64,000 nt of DNA from positions 15,128,001 through 15,192,000 of the forward strand of contig CP075495.1 of the NCBI GenBank assembly GCA_021613535.1. Reading direction: 5' to 3'. The position numbers and the translations under genes are program-made. The notes below the pieces were generated by a model. That model ran no database searches. It was not told the origin of the DNA and saw only the letters and a program-made list of their open reading frames with translations. This stretch comes from Adineta vaga (lineage: Eukaryota > Animalia > Rotifera). Below are positions 1 through 15,029 of this stretch, piece by piece. The number at the start of each line of letters is the position of its first letter. The stretch's first letter is position 1.

Positions 1-3000
1 TAATTATCGTATTCAAGATTTAATCGATTTAAATATTCTTCGAATTGAAAATTTCGATGTCTTTTTACAAATACATAAACATGCAATGCGAGAACAGAAA
101 TTAAAAGAAAAATTAGCACAAATGCAAACATGGATCAATGAACTTTATTATCGAATGATTAAATATGGATCTGCACATAAAACTACTACAAGTAAAATCG
201 ATTTCCTGGAATGATTAATATTAAATTTTTGATTTTAGTTCAAAATCGATTAACATCATCTTATCGTCAAAGATTAAGTCGATATCGTGAATTACGTGCT
301 CGACAATCAGCAAGTCAAGAAAATCCATCAAAGACCATTTCCGCTACGGAAACATCAATTGGACTCAATGAAGAATCCTATTTAATGATTAATTCTCAAG
401 AAATTTTTCGTTTAATTGAAGATCGTTTATTATTATTACATACAAATGAACCATTTCATATTGATATTGATAATTGTCGAGAACAATTTCAACGATATTA
501 TACTTTCTTTGATGAGATTAAAATTTTAACACAATTATGGTATGAAACACAAAATAAATGGATATTTATTCGAAATGCTTTAGCGAATTTAATGGAAATC
601 AATGATGATCGAATAGTTTTAAAAGAACTTTATCAAAAATTTATCGTTGTTGATCAAGCTTTTCGAGTAAGAAATATACAAATTCCTATTAAATGAAATT
701 AATAAATTTCTTGTTTTCAACAGAGTTTTCAAAAAACAGCTTTTCAAAATCCATCAATTGCTGGTTTAATTAAAGGTGAAACAAATCAAAAACTATTTAA
801 AACCTGGCTCAATACTTTCGTAAGTAAAAATTCAATGTCTATCAATCAAATTCATCTTTAGTTTTAGAATGAATTAACTGTTGAACTTGAATTTTATTTG
901 AATGAACAATATCGATCGAATTTCGGTCGATTTTATTTCTTATCAACAGATGAATTAATTGATTTAATATCTTTTGGTCTTGATCCAAGATACTACATAC
1001 CATATGTCAGACAATTATTCAAAGGTATTCATAATATTCAATTTCAATTACCTGATCAATCAATTGGTGCATCAACAAATCAACAGGTCAATTCCGCTGC
1101 AATTGATATCTATGGTAAAATATTCAATACGGAATTCATATTAATCAAAACATTCTTTTTCTTTGTCTTGTAGCTTATCGTTTACAAGGTGCATCAATTT
1201 CAAATCGATATCATGAAGAATTGCCGTTAATATCGAAATTAAAATTAAGTTTACCAACAGTTGATTCATCTGGATTGAATACTCATCTAATTAGTAGTCA
1301 AAGTTTAACACAATGGTTTCAATCATTAGAAAATTTAATGAAATATTCATTAGCAAAATTAGTTTTTGAATTATTCGATGAAAAGATTAACGAACAATTA
1401 AATCAAATTCTTTTCAAACAAACAGCAAAAATATCCAATGAGAAATCGTATCCATTACAAGTACAATTACTTGTTGAACATATCTTCTTTTGTTTAAACA
1501 TTCAAAAACATCTTGAAAATCAATCGATTTCTTCCATTAGAAAAATCAAGTTTGTTCGTATTCTTTCTCGATCAAAACTAATTATTCATTTAGATCTGAA
1601 ATCGATAATACATTGATGAAAAACTCGAATAACCAACACGATTGTTTAATTATTCAACGATTATATTTTCGAGATATTTTAACAAGTAAAGAATATAACA
1701 AGATCAAATTTTATCGTATTTTTTTGTTAATTTTTCGATAGAATTTATTGAAAATGAAACAAATTTAACATTGAATAGTTATGAATGGTTGTCATTTATT
1801 AAATATGAAATTGATCCAAATGTTCGAACAGATAAAAAAATTCATTTTGTTCAATTCTCAAATCGTATTCATTATAATTTTGAATATATCGGTATGATGA
1901 GTTTTTCTTTATATGAAATTTAAATTTTATCTTTTATGTAGAACCATCATCAACCTTTATTATTTCACCATTAATGGAACGAACATTATTTCAATTAACT
2001 CAAGCGATTTCTTCATATCGTATTGGTGTTCTTCATGCTAAACCACAATATGGTCGATCAACGATTATTGAAACTTTAGCACAGGTAAGTTTTATTTCAT
2101 TCGTGGAAAGCTGAACTGAACGTAAATATTTAGTTATGTGGAACCAATCTGATTAGTGTATCATGTACTTCAACAACAGAAATTGAACAAATGAGAAACG
2201 TTAATCAAGGTTTAATTACATCAAATAGTTGGTGTCTATTGAAAGATATGCAACAACTCTCAAGCGGTATATAAATATGAAGATGAATTTTTGAATAATT
2301 CAATCAATTGTATTTTTAGATTGTTTATCAACTTTGGCAGTTACTATGCGTCAAATTCGTGTTCAGTTAGAAGAATATCAAATTCTATTTAAAAATTCGA
2401 CATCATCTCTAAAACGAATTAAATCTCAATCTGATTTATCTTCTCTATTACATTCTCAACATGTATGTATCGGAAAAGAATTTTATCTTTAACCTAAATT
2501 GAATTGAATCGTAGAAGAAAGCTCGTTCAAATGAATATCCAATGGGAAAGAAAATTGCAAATGAATATAATTTTATCATTTCGAATAATCAAGAAATTCT
2601 TCGATATCCATTAACATTTGGATTATTTGCAACATTCGATGATTTCTATCAACCATTATCATCAACTATCAAAGTAAATCATATTCTCTTAATCTTTTGA
2701 AATCAAATTCTTTTCATAGTTTGAATGTCGAACAATATCTATTTCACGTCCAGATTTAAAAATCATTACTGAATCATTATTATATCTCCATCGATTATAT
2801 ACTTTAAATGAACAAACCAATTGTCAAACAATTGCACAAAATCTTGTAGATTTTATTGAATCTTTACGGCTAATTGTAAGTTAAGAGAATGAAAATTTAT
2901 CTAAATAGAATTGATTTATTTTATAGTATGATGAAATGAAATCATTTCCTTCTCCTTACGTTCTTCTTCGATCCATCATTGAACAATCAATTCATATGAA

Positions 3001-6000
3001 TATGAAAGAAGCAATTGTTACTGTTTTGAAACAAAATCGTCTATATGATTCGCAAATTTCTGAATTACTCGAACAATTTTTTCACGAAGATCAAACTCGA
3101 TCGAATGCGAAACAAGATGAACTTTGTTTTGTTGATATTTTAAAACAAGAAGCATATGATGATAAAATTACATTTGATAATGATGAAGAATTATTTCAAA
3201 ATGTAAGTTTCCTTTTGAGAAAATCAAACAAAATATCATTTTTTCTTTAGGCTTCTCGTTTAATGAATGCAATTCAACGATTTAATATGATATTTCTAAC
3301 TGGACAAAGTGGTTCTGGAAAATCAAGTTTAATTCGTTTAGTTGAACGAACAATTAACAAACAAATGAACTCAACAAATGTAAGTAGACTAAAAGATTTT
3401 GTTTAATTTATATGAAGATTTTATTTTTCATTAGGATGATTCGAATGAAGAGAAAAAACAAAAATCAATTATAACAAATACAATATTTCCAAATTCATAC
3501 GATGAAGATCACGTAAGACTATGCAAAAACTACAATTTCTCATAAACATCTTTATTTTTTCATAGTTTTATCAAATAAAGAATAGTTTTATTGAACAATG
3601 GAAAGAACAACAAACAATCAAATCGGCAAATGACATGGTACGATGATTTTCGAGTCAAGTACAGATATTAAAATGATTTTCTTTTAGGATTCGGAACAAT
3701 ATTGGATTATTTTTGATATTGATTCTCATTCAAATTGGTTAATACCTGAAAAAATTCAATATCTTTACAACGAACTTCAATCCGTTATAATTCGTCAAAA
3801 TGGTATTTTGAAACTGATAATCGAATGTGATCATCTTCCGATTGATATTTCTCATCATGATTCCATCTATAGTCAAATTTTCGTATTATATCTTGAAAAA
3901 TTTCAATCTCGAATAAAATTAATTCATTCAGCAATCATAAATCTTGAATCAAAACTTCATTTTCGTGATGGAACGTACGTATAATTTAAAAAAAAGAGAA
4001 ATTTCTCTGCAACTATTTGTATTTCTAGATTATCATCAATTAAAGAATTTGTTAATGATATTATTGAACCTTATATAAAATATCTTGAAAATGAACATAT
4101 TCATGAATCACATATTCATCATTTTACTGATTCATTTATAAAAATTCTTTGTGCATTTATCGAACAACATGTAATCGATGTTCAAAATCATCTTCAAGCA
4201 CTTAATTATGTTTTTACTTATTGTTTTCTCTGGTCTTATGTTCATCCAATTCATCCAAAGTAAATTTGTTCATAAAAATCCCTCATTTTCCATGAATTTT
4301 ATTTAGATATGAACAACAAATCAATTCTTTCGTTCGAGATCTTCTTAAATCTTATCAATTACCTTCGAATGATTGTAAATTAACTGATCTATATCCTGAT
4401 ATGTCTGCATTACCATCTGCTCGTTTTATTCCAATTCAATTCTGGTTAAAAACACATGATATTACCTATGATTGTATACCAGAATTTCAAGGCGCAATGC
4501 GTTTAATGTCAATGTTAATTACCTATAATCATCCAATTGGAATCTATAGTCATGAACAAGGTTGTGGAAAAACAACATTGATAAGAAATTTATTAACAAA
4601 TCTTTCACATGTTCGATTGATTTCAACGAGTGAACGAAAATATTTATTACGTGATGAAATATTTCAAAATACTTTACCACTTTTTACTCATGGAAAAGTT
4701 ATTCAAAGTACAAAATATATTCTTTGGTTTGAAGATGTAAAAAGTGAAAATATGGATTTAATTCGTTCATTAATTGATGAATATTCTTCAACAAAACAAC
4801 AAAGTTTGAATATTGTTTTAACAGGACAATCATTTCATTCATATCCAGTACGTTTTTCACGACATTTTGTTCCAATATTAATCCATCAACCTATTTCAAC
4901 ATTAATTTCATCGGTTTATTCAATTCCAATTAAAAATTGGTTAGAAGAATTTTCTGTCGATGCAATTAGTCATCCGCTCGAATTAGCACATGCATGTGTT
5001 ATAACATTGGAAGAAATCTTTGAATTTTTAAAAGAAAATTTTCGAAAAATTCAATGGAATTTACATCACGTTGAAGCAATTATTAATGGAATGTTACTTT
5101 TAGAAGGAAAAATGAAACAAACCGGTGGTGGTGGAAAAAATAAAGATTCGAATAAAATTTCAACAAAACTTTCAAAGAAAAAACAAGGTGAACAAATCGC
5201 CATTATTGTTCGCTTATTTTGTCATGAACTTTCACGAATTATATTCGATCGATTAACAGAAACAAAAGGTTAGTTTCTCCTTCAATTCCTCTCTCTATCA
5301 ATGGTTTATTTCTTCTATTTAGATCGTATTCTCTTTCAAGAATTTCTTTACAAGACAATTATCACGAATTTTTGTACAGAATTAGAATTTGATACATTTC
5401 CTACGGATACATCTCAAACAAATACATCAATTGTCGGAAGAAAACAAGTCAAATTCAAAGCAGGTCTTGTTGAAGAACGAACAGCTGTTGCGTCTCTAGA
5501 AGGTCCTCTTGTTACCTTCGGGAAAATCATTGGTATACCAAAACTAAAAGATCCTTCACAAATGCCTGAAGCTGAAGGAATATTCGAAAAATTGATTCAA
5601 TCTACATATTTTTCTAAATATATTCTTTCAATTCATAATGAATTTACGAATACCAAAGATCCATATAAAGGTCAATATCAAGAATCAAATGACACTCAAA
5701 TGAGCACGGCACTTCGTTCATGTCAATCTCAAATGGGTAAAATAACACATATGGACTTAACATTTCTTCCTCGTACAATGCGATCTATTACAAATCTTGT
5801 TCGAGTTTTTTCTCTTTCACAAAATGGACATGCTCTACTTCGAGGCAATCAAAACGGTTTAGGTCGTCAAGATCTTGTTCAATTTGCTGCTTTTATTGCT
5901 GAACAACAATTTTATGATGCACATAGTTATATTCCAATGATGAATGAAAATGAATCAGTCAAACAATGTCTTCGTGCAAATTGTCTTTTAGCTGGATTAA

Positions 6001-9000
6001 AACAGAAGAATATTGTTATACTTATACGAGAGAATCTTCTCTCCAAACAAATGATGGAAGAATTATATTTATTTACATGTGAAGGATATTATCCCGGACT
6101 TTATTCGAATGAAGAACTTATTCGAATTGCAGCAGCATTATCACCCGGTTCACCAAATAATCGTCGAACAACAAAAACAAATTCGGTATTAAAAACATTC
6201 TATGCAAGAATTCAACGAAGACTTCATTTAGTTATCTTGGAAAATGATCAACGTTTGTTGATTTTTATCATTTTGTTTACATGATTTCATTCGAAATTGT
6301 TTTCTAGATCTTCAACATTCTGGTTTATTATCTTCATGTTATGTTGAAGAATATCAAAATTGGACAAAAGAAGAAATTATATCAATTGCAAAATATTGGA
6401 TGGCAAAAAAACTTGTAAGATTCAAGATAAAGAATAGAAAGTATAGATGATTTCCTTGATGTTTTAGAATATAATCAATACAATTGATTCAACATCATCA
6501 TTTGATTTAGCTTGTCAAGCTTTAGCAGATATACATTTATCTCTCGATCATTTTCGATTATTTACTTTGAAAAATATTCGAAAATCAATTGAAATATTCT
6601 TAAAATTCTATCAAATAATTCAACAAAAAGAAGCTGTAAGATTGAATAACTTTTCTTCTGAATGAAAATTTATCTTTATTACTTTATAAAGTATCGTTTA
6701 TCTCGTTGTCAATCAATGCTTCAACGTACAAATAAATCGAAACATTTGATCGACATGAATGAACAATTATGTGTTGAACTTCAAAATGAAATTGATCATT
6801 TACAAGGAAAATTAGCTGAATTAGATCATGAACTGCAACTTAAGAAGAAAAATTTTTCTTTAGTAAGTTTTGTTTGATTTGGTTTGAAGAAGAAAAGAAT
6901 TTCTTTGAATAATAGGCAGTAGAAGATTGTCGTGAAGAAGAGAAATTAATCAATGAAATGAAAATTGCATTAGATCGTTTGAAAAAAGATGTTGAAGCAG
7001 CTGTTGAAAATGCTAATCCTCAATATGAAAATGCTTTAAATGCATTAAGATTATTAAATAAAGCAGATTATGATGAAATTCGAACATTTCGACAACCACC
7101 TCAACCCGTTATTGCTGTCATGAATACAATTTGTATTATGTTCGATCGAAAACCTGAGTATGTCATTCATAAGATCTCTTTTTTTATATTAAAAGAAATA
7201 TTTTAGATGGTTGGAAGCAAAAATTTTAACAACAAAAGACGATTTCTTTGATGATTTAGTCTTTTATGATAAAGATAATGTTTCCGATGAAGTCTTCGAT
7301 ATGTTAACAAAGATTGTTAGTTTTGATACATTTACTCCAACATATATTGCTGCTGCATCAAAAGCAGCATCAAGTCTTTGTGCATGGATTTTAGCTGTTT
7401 ATGAATATGCAAAAGTTGCACGAGCACAGAAATCTTTACGAGAACAAGTAAAAGCTTATGAAAAACTCTACAATAAAGTATGTATAGATTCGTTCTATGA
7501 CTTTGAAAATGATGTGTTTGTTTTAGCGTCAAAAAATTCTTGGTGAAAAACGTCTTTATGCTGAAAAATTAAAAGAAGAATTAGCTGATTTTATTTCGAA
7601 ACGTCGTGAACAATTTGCTGAATTACAATCGAAAGTAAAACGTTTAAATCATCTTCGATCTGTTATTGAACAAACACGAGCAATGTTAAAATTAATTGAT
7701 AATGATATTCATCATTGGCAAGAAGAAGTTAAACAAGCTAAACTTAATCAACAAACAGCAATTACAGATACACTTCAAATATCACTTTATTTTACTTATT
7801 TATCACAATTTAATATTGATCAACGTCAACAATTCTTATTACAATGGCAAAAAGATATTTTACAAACTTTATTACCAATTCGTACAGATTTTAATCTTCT
7901 TCATATGATTATGAATGAAAAAGGTAGAAGAAATATTTCAATTTGATTTGTTTTAGAATTCTTTCTTCATTTTTAGAATTAAATGAGTATTTATTAAAAT
8001 ATGATTCAACATCAATCAATGATCAAAATTCCATATTAAATGCAGTTATTTTAGCTAATCAATTAAATACGACATTTGTTTTATTTGTAAATAATCCTGA
8101 AACTGATATTTTACCATGGCATGATTTGTTACTTGATTTCAATGGAGAAAAAGCTAATTATGGTTCGATAACAACAAAAAACGATCTTGTGAAATTTAAA
8201 TATTTTCTTTTGTTTAGAAATTCAATTATATTTAGAATATAAACAAAATAGAATAAGTTTATCATCAGGAACAAGTAGTCGAATAACAACAACTCAAGAT
8301 CAATCACAAACTTATCAACGTATTAGTTCAAGTAAAACAAATGTCACTGATGTCACTGAGAAATCATCAGTTTGGGAATCATCAAGTGTTGCTTCAAGAC
8401 CAGGAACAGGAACACGTTTATCAAAACCAGTTGGAAAAGTTTCATTAAATGATTTCGAACAAAAGAAATATTCAATAAACATACCAGAATTTTCTCTTGA
8501 AGAATATGAAAGACCAATAAATAATATTATTCATCTATCTGGAAAACAATCGGATGATTTTGATAAAGATTTATTAACTGCAATGTTCTTTGGTAATATT
8601 GTGATTGTAGATGAATGTGATTTATTAAATTTAAATCCATTTATTTATCGATTTTTACATTGGTCTTCTCGACATGATCAATATTCTTCAACATTTCCTA
8701 ATCTTTATCGTTTTGATGATCAAGAAATCTTTATTAATTCATCATTTCGTTTAATTCTTAATTATCATCAAATCGATCGTCTTCGTATGTTTTTTGAACA
8801 TCGTAAATTTATCCAATTCATTTCTTTGAATTTTAGAATGGAGAAATCTTTTGTTAAACAATCGCTCGATTAATATGAGTTTAAGTTTAAATAAATTAGA
8901 GAATGATTTTTGGCTTCGTCTTATCGAATATCGTTGTCAAAAAGATTTTATTAAACAAATACGTATGAATCATCAAAGACAATTAATGTGTCTTAATGAA

Positions 9001-11645
9001 CAATACAAACGTCGTGTATGATTCTTTCAAATTCAACTTTTTCAAATCAGAAACATTTTCTTTCTCCTTCTAGGAAAACTTGATCGATCTTCTTGAAACG
9101 AAAGAAAATCTTACCATCGATTCGAATGAATTATTAGGAGAATTGAAAAAATCGAATGAAAATCGTATTTATATTGAAACAGAATTGAATGAATATCGAG
9201 TTCAATGTGAAGTTCTTTGTAAGAGAACAGGAAGTCATGCATATAAAGATATTTCCCGACAATTAACACAATTTTATATATTATTACGAGATGGTGTTGA
9301 TCAATTAAAGCTTCCAATTAAATGGTTTTTACAAATATTAACAATGAACTTATCACGACGAGTTGAAATAACAAAAAATACAGATTTATCAAACTATAAT
9401 TCTGATATGATTAATAAAGTTCAAGCAAGAGAAACGTATCTTCGTTGTTTTGAATCAATTTATTCTTATCTTTCATCAAGCATGTCCAATGAACATTTAG
9501 AATATTTATTAATTCTATTTTCATTTATAACACAAACTAAAATTGAAGATATTCAATTATTTCAAATGATATTGACAAAATTAGATTCGAGAAATCAACA
9601 AGTCATTCCGGAATTTCTTGATGATGAAAAACGACCATCATTTATTGATAGACATTCATGGTTACTTTGTCTTTCGGATGAGATCAATAGAAAATATCCA
9701 AATTTGTCTGAACATTTGATAAATCATCAATATGAATGGAAAGAATATTTATTTTCAACAACAAAACTTGATTTTATGAATAAATCTCCATTTGAAGACA
9801 CAGCAACAATTAGTATTATCGATCGATTTCTTCTTTCAATTATCTTATTACCAAACAAAATTCCTGATTTAATTCATACATTTCTAATCTATCATTATGG
9901 TAGTTTACTTCATGATAAATCTATTTCATCTATTAATGATGTATATCAATTAACAAACACAAATCTTCTTCAACCAAAAAATAATGCTATTCTTGTTTGG
10001 ACAAATTCATCAGCATTTGTTGATCCTATCGAAGAAATTCGTACATTAGCAAATGAAATGAATCAATCGATTCGACTTGTTTCATCAATTGATAAAAAAC
10101 GTTTAGAACGATTTCTTCGAAATGAAAGAGATTCATGGTTAATTATTACAGAAATTCATCTTTTCGATGATCATCTACAACAAATTCAAGTAAATATTTA
10201 TTGAAACACTTCAATTTGATCTGATTTACTAATTTTAGAATTATCTTTTATCACGAACGAATCAAATGATTTGGCTTCTTTGTGATCCTTCCTATGAAAG
10301 TCAAATACCACGTAAATAATTTAATCGATTCAATTCGTATGAAAGACTATTGTTGATATGTATTTTAGATTGGTTAACACAACGATGTTTACAAGTCTAT
10401 CTAAGTGATTCAACTCCATCTGCTCTTCAACTTCGTTTACAACAAAAACTTTTATTGAATGAAACATATCGTAAATTTAACAAACAAATCGACCAAACTC
10501 TTGATATTTATACTTATTTCATTTCGAAAAGAGTTTTTGCCAAGAATTGGACAAGGTAATCCTTTTTCTTTCGAAAATATTCTCAAGAATTAATTTTTTT
10601 TGCATTAGTTTAACTGAAAATAATCTATATATGGATTTGAATCATTATCTCAACATCAAATCATCAACTACGTTGGATTATACAAATTATATTCAAACTG
10701 ACGATGAACAAATACTAATCGATTATCTTAAACAAGTAAATAATCTTTTCATTTTCAAGCGTATTATTATTCGTTTAAACTGAATTTTATAGAGTACAAA
10801 TCCATGTTCAGTGATTCGACAGATTCCTGATTCAATTCGATTACCAACTACTCAATTTTTCTTCACATTTGACCGTTTATTTGATAGCATACTCTTATCA
10901 AAAGAAAGCATTGATCCGACGAAAGAAAACGAGATGATTCTCGTTGAATCGATTGTTCGTTATTATTTGGATTGTCTTCGTTCAACTGACTCTCAACAAT
11001 CTTTGCGTTCTATATGTTCATCGTCGATAGATTTGTTTGTTTTAAATGAATGTGCTTTACTGAGAGAATTATCTAATGATTTATGTGATCGAATAAATCA
11101 TCTTTTGGAAATTTTTACTCGAGTGGAAACTGCTTCATTAGAAACGAAGTTATTCATTCGTTCAATTTTATACGGTTCAACAATGGCTGATCTCGTTGCA
11201 AATTATCACTTAGCTTCGGAACATATTTGTAAAACAGATTCTGAGAATATTAATTTGAAATTTATTCGACGACGAAAACAATTTCTTCAACTGATGCGCC
11301 TTGAACAAGGGCGTCAACAACATGTTAATCTTGTCTTTCATGTAAGTTAATTCTGATTAGAAAAATCAAATCTCTCATTTTATTTTTCATTAGATCAAAT
11401 GTGATAATAAATCTACAAAATCAAATGTTTTGACTATATTAGGTGTTCATTCATTGACGAATAGTAGTAGTAAATGCATAAATATCTGTTTGGATAATGG
11501 TTCCTCAGACGAATCTACTATTCTATCAAATATTAAATTGAATACGAATGATAAAAACATTCCATGTTACCTTCCAGTGATAAATAATGATAAAACTAAT
11601 ACCTCCGAGCTTGTTTTATTATCGATTGATCGACCTCATCTTTAA
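1..11645 (+). CDS. Dynein heavy chain domain-containing protein (DNHD1-like), multi-exon, 5' part outside the window
   Basis: Chain of ORF fragments joined by ~55 nt GT-AG introns. Linker 'RSNFGRFYFLSTDELIDLIS'; AAA2 P-loop GQSGSGKS (~3302); AAA3 GCGKT; AAA4 'GHALLRG..GLGRQDLVQFAAF'; stalk/microtubule-binding domain 'LNKADYDEIRTFRQPPQPV...YDKDNVSD...AASSLCAWILAVYEY'. Last exon 11394-11645. Confidence 0.85.
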
Positions 11646-13065
11646 CAAGAATATGAAAAAAATTTCTTTTTTAATGCCTTTATATATTTTCTTGTAACGT
11701 TCTTTTTGCCGGTTTTCTTAACAAAGTGTGAATAAATGAATAAAGAGGTTATCAATGAACGATACTATTTTTTCAACTTTCAATATAACGAAATATTATT
11801 TGAAATTGACGCTGATCGATATACAAGAAATATTCCAATTCTAATGTGGTTAAATACACATGATATTACATATAATTCTATACGATAATTTCAAGGTTCT
11901 ATGCGTATAAGTCTAATGTTAATCTTAATCACTTCTAATTATTCAATTGTAATCTATAGTTCTGAACAAGAACAAGATTTTGATAAAACAATATTGATGA
12001 ACACTTTATTAGCGTATATTTTCCATTATCGAATGATTTCAACTGGTGAACGAAAATGTGAGTCTATGAAATCAAAAAAAATCCTGAAAGCCCGGGAAAT
12101 ACGAAATCTACCGTTTCCCCCCTTGCAAAAGATTGACTGTGACAGGTGTTCGTGCATCAATAAAAATCAATTGAAAATGTCCATACTGTCTTTTTTTTGA
12201 CGACTGTATCGCAATTCGATTGCAATAGAAAACATGGGTGTTGTCATTGGTGATTTCTTTTTAATTTCATCAATAGAGACAACATTTTCTATAATATTCT
12301 TTTTAATTGATTATAAAGATGAGATACTTTTGAGAAAGTATTATACCTTGGATTTAAGTGGTGAATAAGATAAACTTCTGGATTTCATTGCTCTAAAATC
12401 TATAATAAACAATGATAAAACTACTGAAAACTGTTCTGATCAATTGAAGAGATAGCAAGAACTCTTTCTCCTGAATTTTCCGGTTTATTTATCTGACCAG
12501 AATCGAAAGCTATATAGTCATTAATAATTTGTTCACGAAGTTTGTCATCGTGTGGTTTCATATATTCGAGTTCTGATTTACGATATGTTCCGCCATTTGA
12601 AAAATTAGAAAGAAAGTACGTACTCTTTAATCCTTTATTCTGTCAGAAAACCAGTAAAAACTAAAACTACTAGAAAATATATGAAGACACAAAATAAAAC
12701 TATTTTTACGTAATCCTTTGACTCTCAGGTACTATAAATTAGTCCAGGTGTGTTGTTTTTCGTCATTATTTGTCATAGAAAGATAGTATGGATTATTTCT
12801 ACCATTTGCATATCCATGTAATGTAAGATAGAATAATAGAGTCGTTTGAAAACTTATTATCTAGTCATATCATGCGGTAATGTTATCTATTACGTATTTT
12901 CAAACAGAAAGACGAAAAGATGTAAGAAAACATCAAATGTTTGTTCTTACTTTGATAACATATAAACACATATACATTATTTCGCAGTAAAATTTTCTTT
13001 CTTTCTGCAAGATAAAGTACAATTATTGAGTAAAATTTGTTTTATCTTTGTCATCATTTTTCGAG

Positions 13066-13073
13066 TATAAAAA
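13066..13073 (+). promoter_or_regulatory. TATA box of the repeat-protein gene
   Basis: TATAAAAA about 80 nt upstream of ATG 13149. Confidence 0.5.
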
Positions 13074-13148
13074 AGAGCGACAAGATACATCAAATATAAC
13101 ATATACAATTCTTTTTTATTACAATAGTTTCAAGAAAAATTCATAATA

Positions 13149-13475
13149 ATGTCAGCACCAACATCATCCGATCGAAACGATGAATCTGCAGGTAATCCAT
13201 TAGGTGCACCAGGTGTTGAAGCTAAACAAAAACTTGAACAACAAGCGGCATCAGATAATCCTGCACATCGATTAGGTGAAGATGGTGCAGGACAAAAGCA
13301 TTTACTCGGCCAAGACGGTGCCGGTCAACGTAAACTACTTGGACAAGACGGTGCTGGTCAACGTAAATTACTAGGACAAGATGGTGCTGGACAACAACAT
13401 CATCAACTTGGTGAAGATGGTAGTGGTCAACGTCATTTACTAGGCCAAGATGGTGCTGGACAACAAAAATCCTAA
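13149..13475 (+). CDS. Small hydrophilic Gly/Gln-rich protein (108 aa) with six ~11-aa repeats
   Basis: Intronless ORF, GC-richer than its flanks; repeats (H/K)LLG(Q/E)DGAGQ(R/K/Q) at 13266-13466 differ mainly at synonymous positions; TATA upstream, AATAAA at ~13557. Confidence 0.8.
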   Translation: MSAPTSSDRNDESAGNPLGAPGVEAKQKLEQQAASDNPAHRLGEDGAGQKHLLGQDGAGQRKLLGQDGAGQRKLLGQDGAGQQHHQLGEDGSGQRHLLGQDGAGQQKS

Positions 13476-14349
13476 CTTATCCTCAGTATCCACACAATTT
13501 CCACAATGATATGTATAGATTTCCGTTTGTTTTCATAAATTTCGTGAGTTTATTGAAATAAAATTGTTTCCTTAAAATTCATCTTCGTCGAATACAGAAA
13601 CCGATCTCAGATGTATTTGTAATTTTTTCAATATTATTCAAAGTAGATCGAAATATTGAATAACAATCCGCTAAGTTCTTGTGGAGCATTATTTGAATAA
13701 TTCTGCCTGTTTCGTCATGCTTTACTTGAAAAATCGAATTCAGTTTTGGATAAACATCCAATAAGTTCATTGTCTAATATGAAGAAGAGAAAAATAAAAA
13801 TTTGAGAACGAGATGCGCATGTATTTACTTGCTTGTCTTCGAAATGTCCTTAACAATTACTATCAAAGTACCAATAAAGATATTCAAAGTCCATTCCAAA
13901 TATTTTTCAAACAAGAATAAGGATAAAATCCTTGGTCGAAATTTTTACGCATTTAAAATTTAGAATCCAAGAACGAATCGAATACACACAAATGGTCAGT
14001 TAAGTCAAGTAATAATTAGATCGAAATCCATATTATATCACGATTCAGAGCATTCGTTTCTTTCCATCTATATGCCTAATGAGAAGAGAACTGATAGACA
14101 ACAGATGAAAGGAAAAATTAATGTGTGAGGTTATATAGCAACAAAATAAACTTCTCGAAATATTTTAATTGAAATATTCAATTGAACTAATCATAGTTAT
14201 ATTTAGTTAGTTACGGCATGAAGAATGCTTCATCCCAAGAATATGAACTATGACTTCTAACTCTTCATCTTTCTATTAGCGAAACGATTAGGTCTATTCG
14301 CACTGATATTTCTTTATCTATCTTTTTCTGTTTAGTTAGATAATTAAAG

Positions 14350-15029
14350 CTACCGGCCAGGTCAGGTGCCTGCGGTTGGTGAATAGTTTACCAATGTAAA
14401 CGAGGAATAGAGATCGAGCATTATCACTATACGTTTTTAAAAAAATAAAGAAGAATGGTGTCTCCCTTTAACTGCAAATGTAAAACATATTAGATCCGTT
14501 TATTTCACATCTTTTCATTTTTCTTCCATAGATAATAATTATTGAAATTCAACAATGTCAAATGATGATCTTTTCATTCTATGAAAACTAATATGAAATT
14601 TTACTCTTCTGATATTCCTGGATTTTGAAAGTCCAATATTTATGAAGTTTCTCTTTTGTAAAAATTTGCCAGGCAAATCCATTCAATTCCAGCAAGTAGT
14701 GCTGGTTTAGTATTGAATAGTAGAAGAACCTGTTTAAATCCCGAACAATTGAACAATGTGATATGCATTCGATATTGTTTGTTTTTCTCAAATTATGCTC
14801 ATATCGTCGAATGATATTGTTTCTTTAACTTATTAAATGTGAAAAATAATTGCTCAACTCTTCGACTCATGTTAACCTTTTCTGAGGACGTTTTGCTACT
14901 GTTTTATGAAACTCATTCTATAGGTGCGTGTTAGCTTAAAAACTTTCTAAATTCAAAAACATTTAAGATGTCATTTGGCCTGGTTTAGCATGTAGGCCAG
15001 GCCGGAAAAGTGGCCTATTGGCAACTCTG
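14350..15029 (-). mobile_element. Possible degenerate hAT-like remnant
   Basis: Minus strand begins CAGAGTTGCC at 15029 (hAT-like terminus), with GGCC-rich subterminal motifs at both ends. Decayed peptides 'LHKYWTFKIQEY' and 'QLKGDTILLYFFKN' resemble a hAT C-terminal domain. Second TIR and TSD not found. Confidence 0.3.

Noticed and set aside
13266-13466. Neuropeptide precursor (repeats separated by RK)
   Set aside because: No signal peptide, dibasic sites in only two repeats, and no G-K/R amidation signal.
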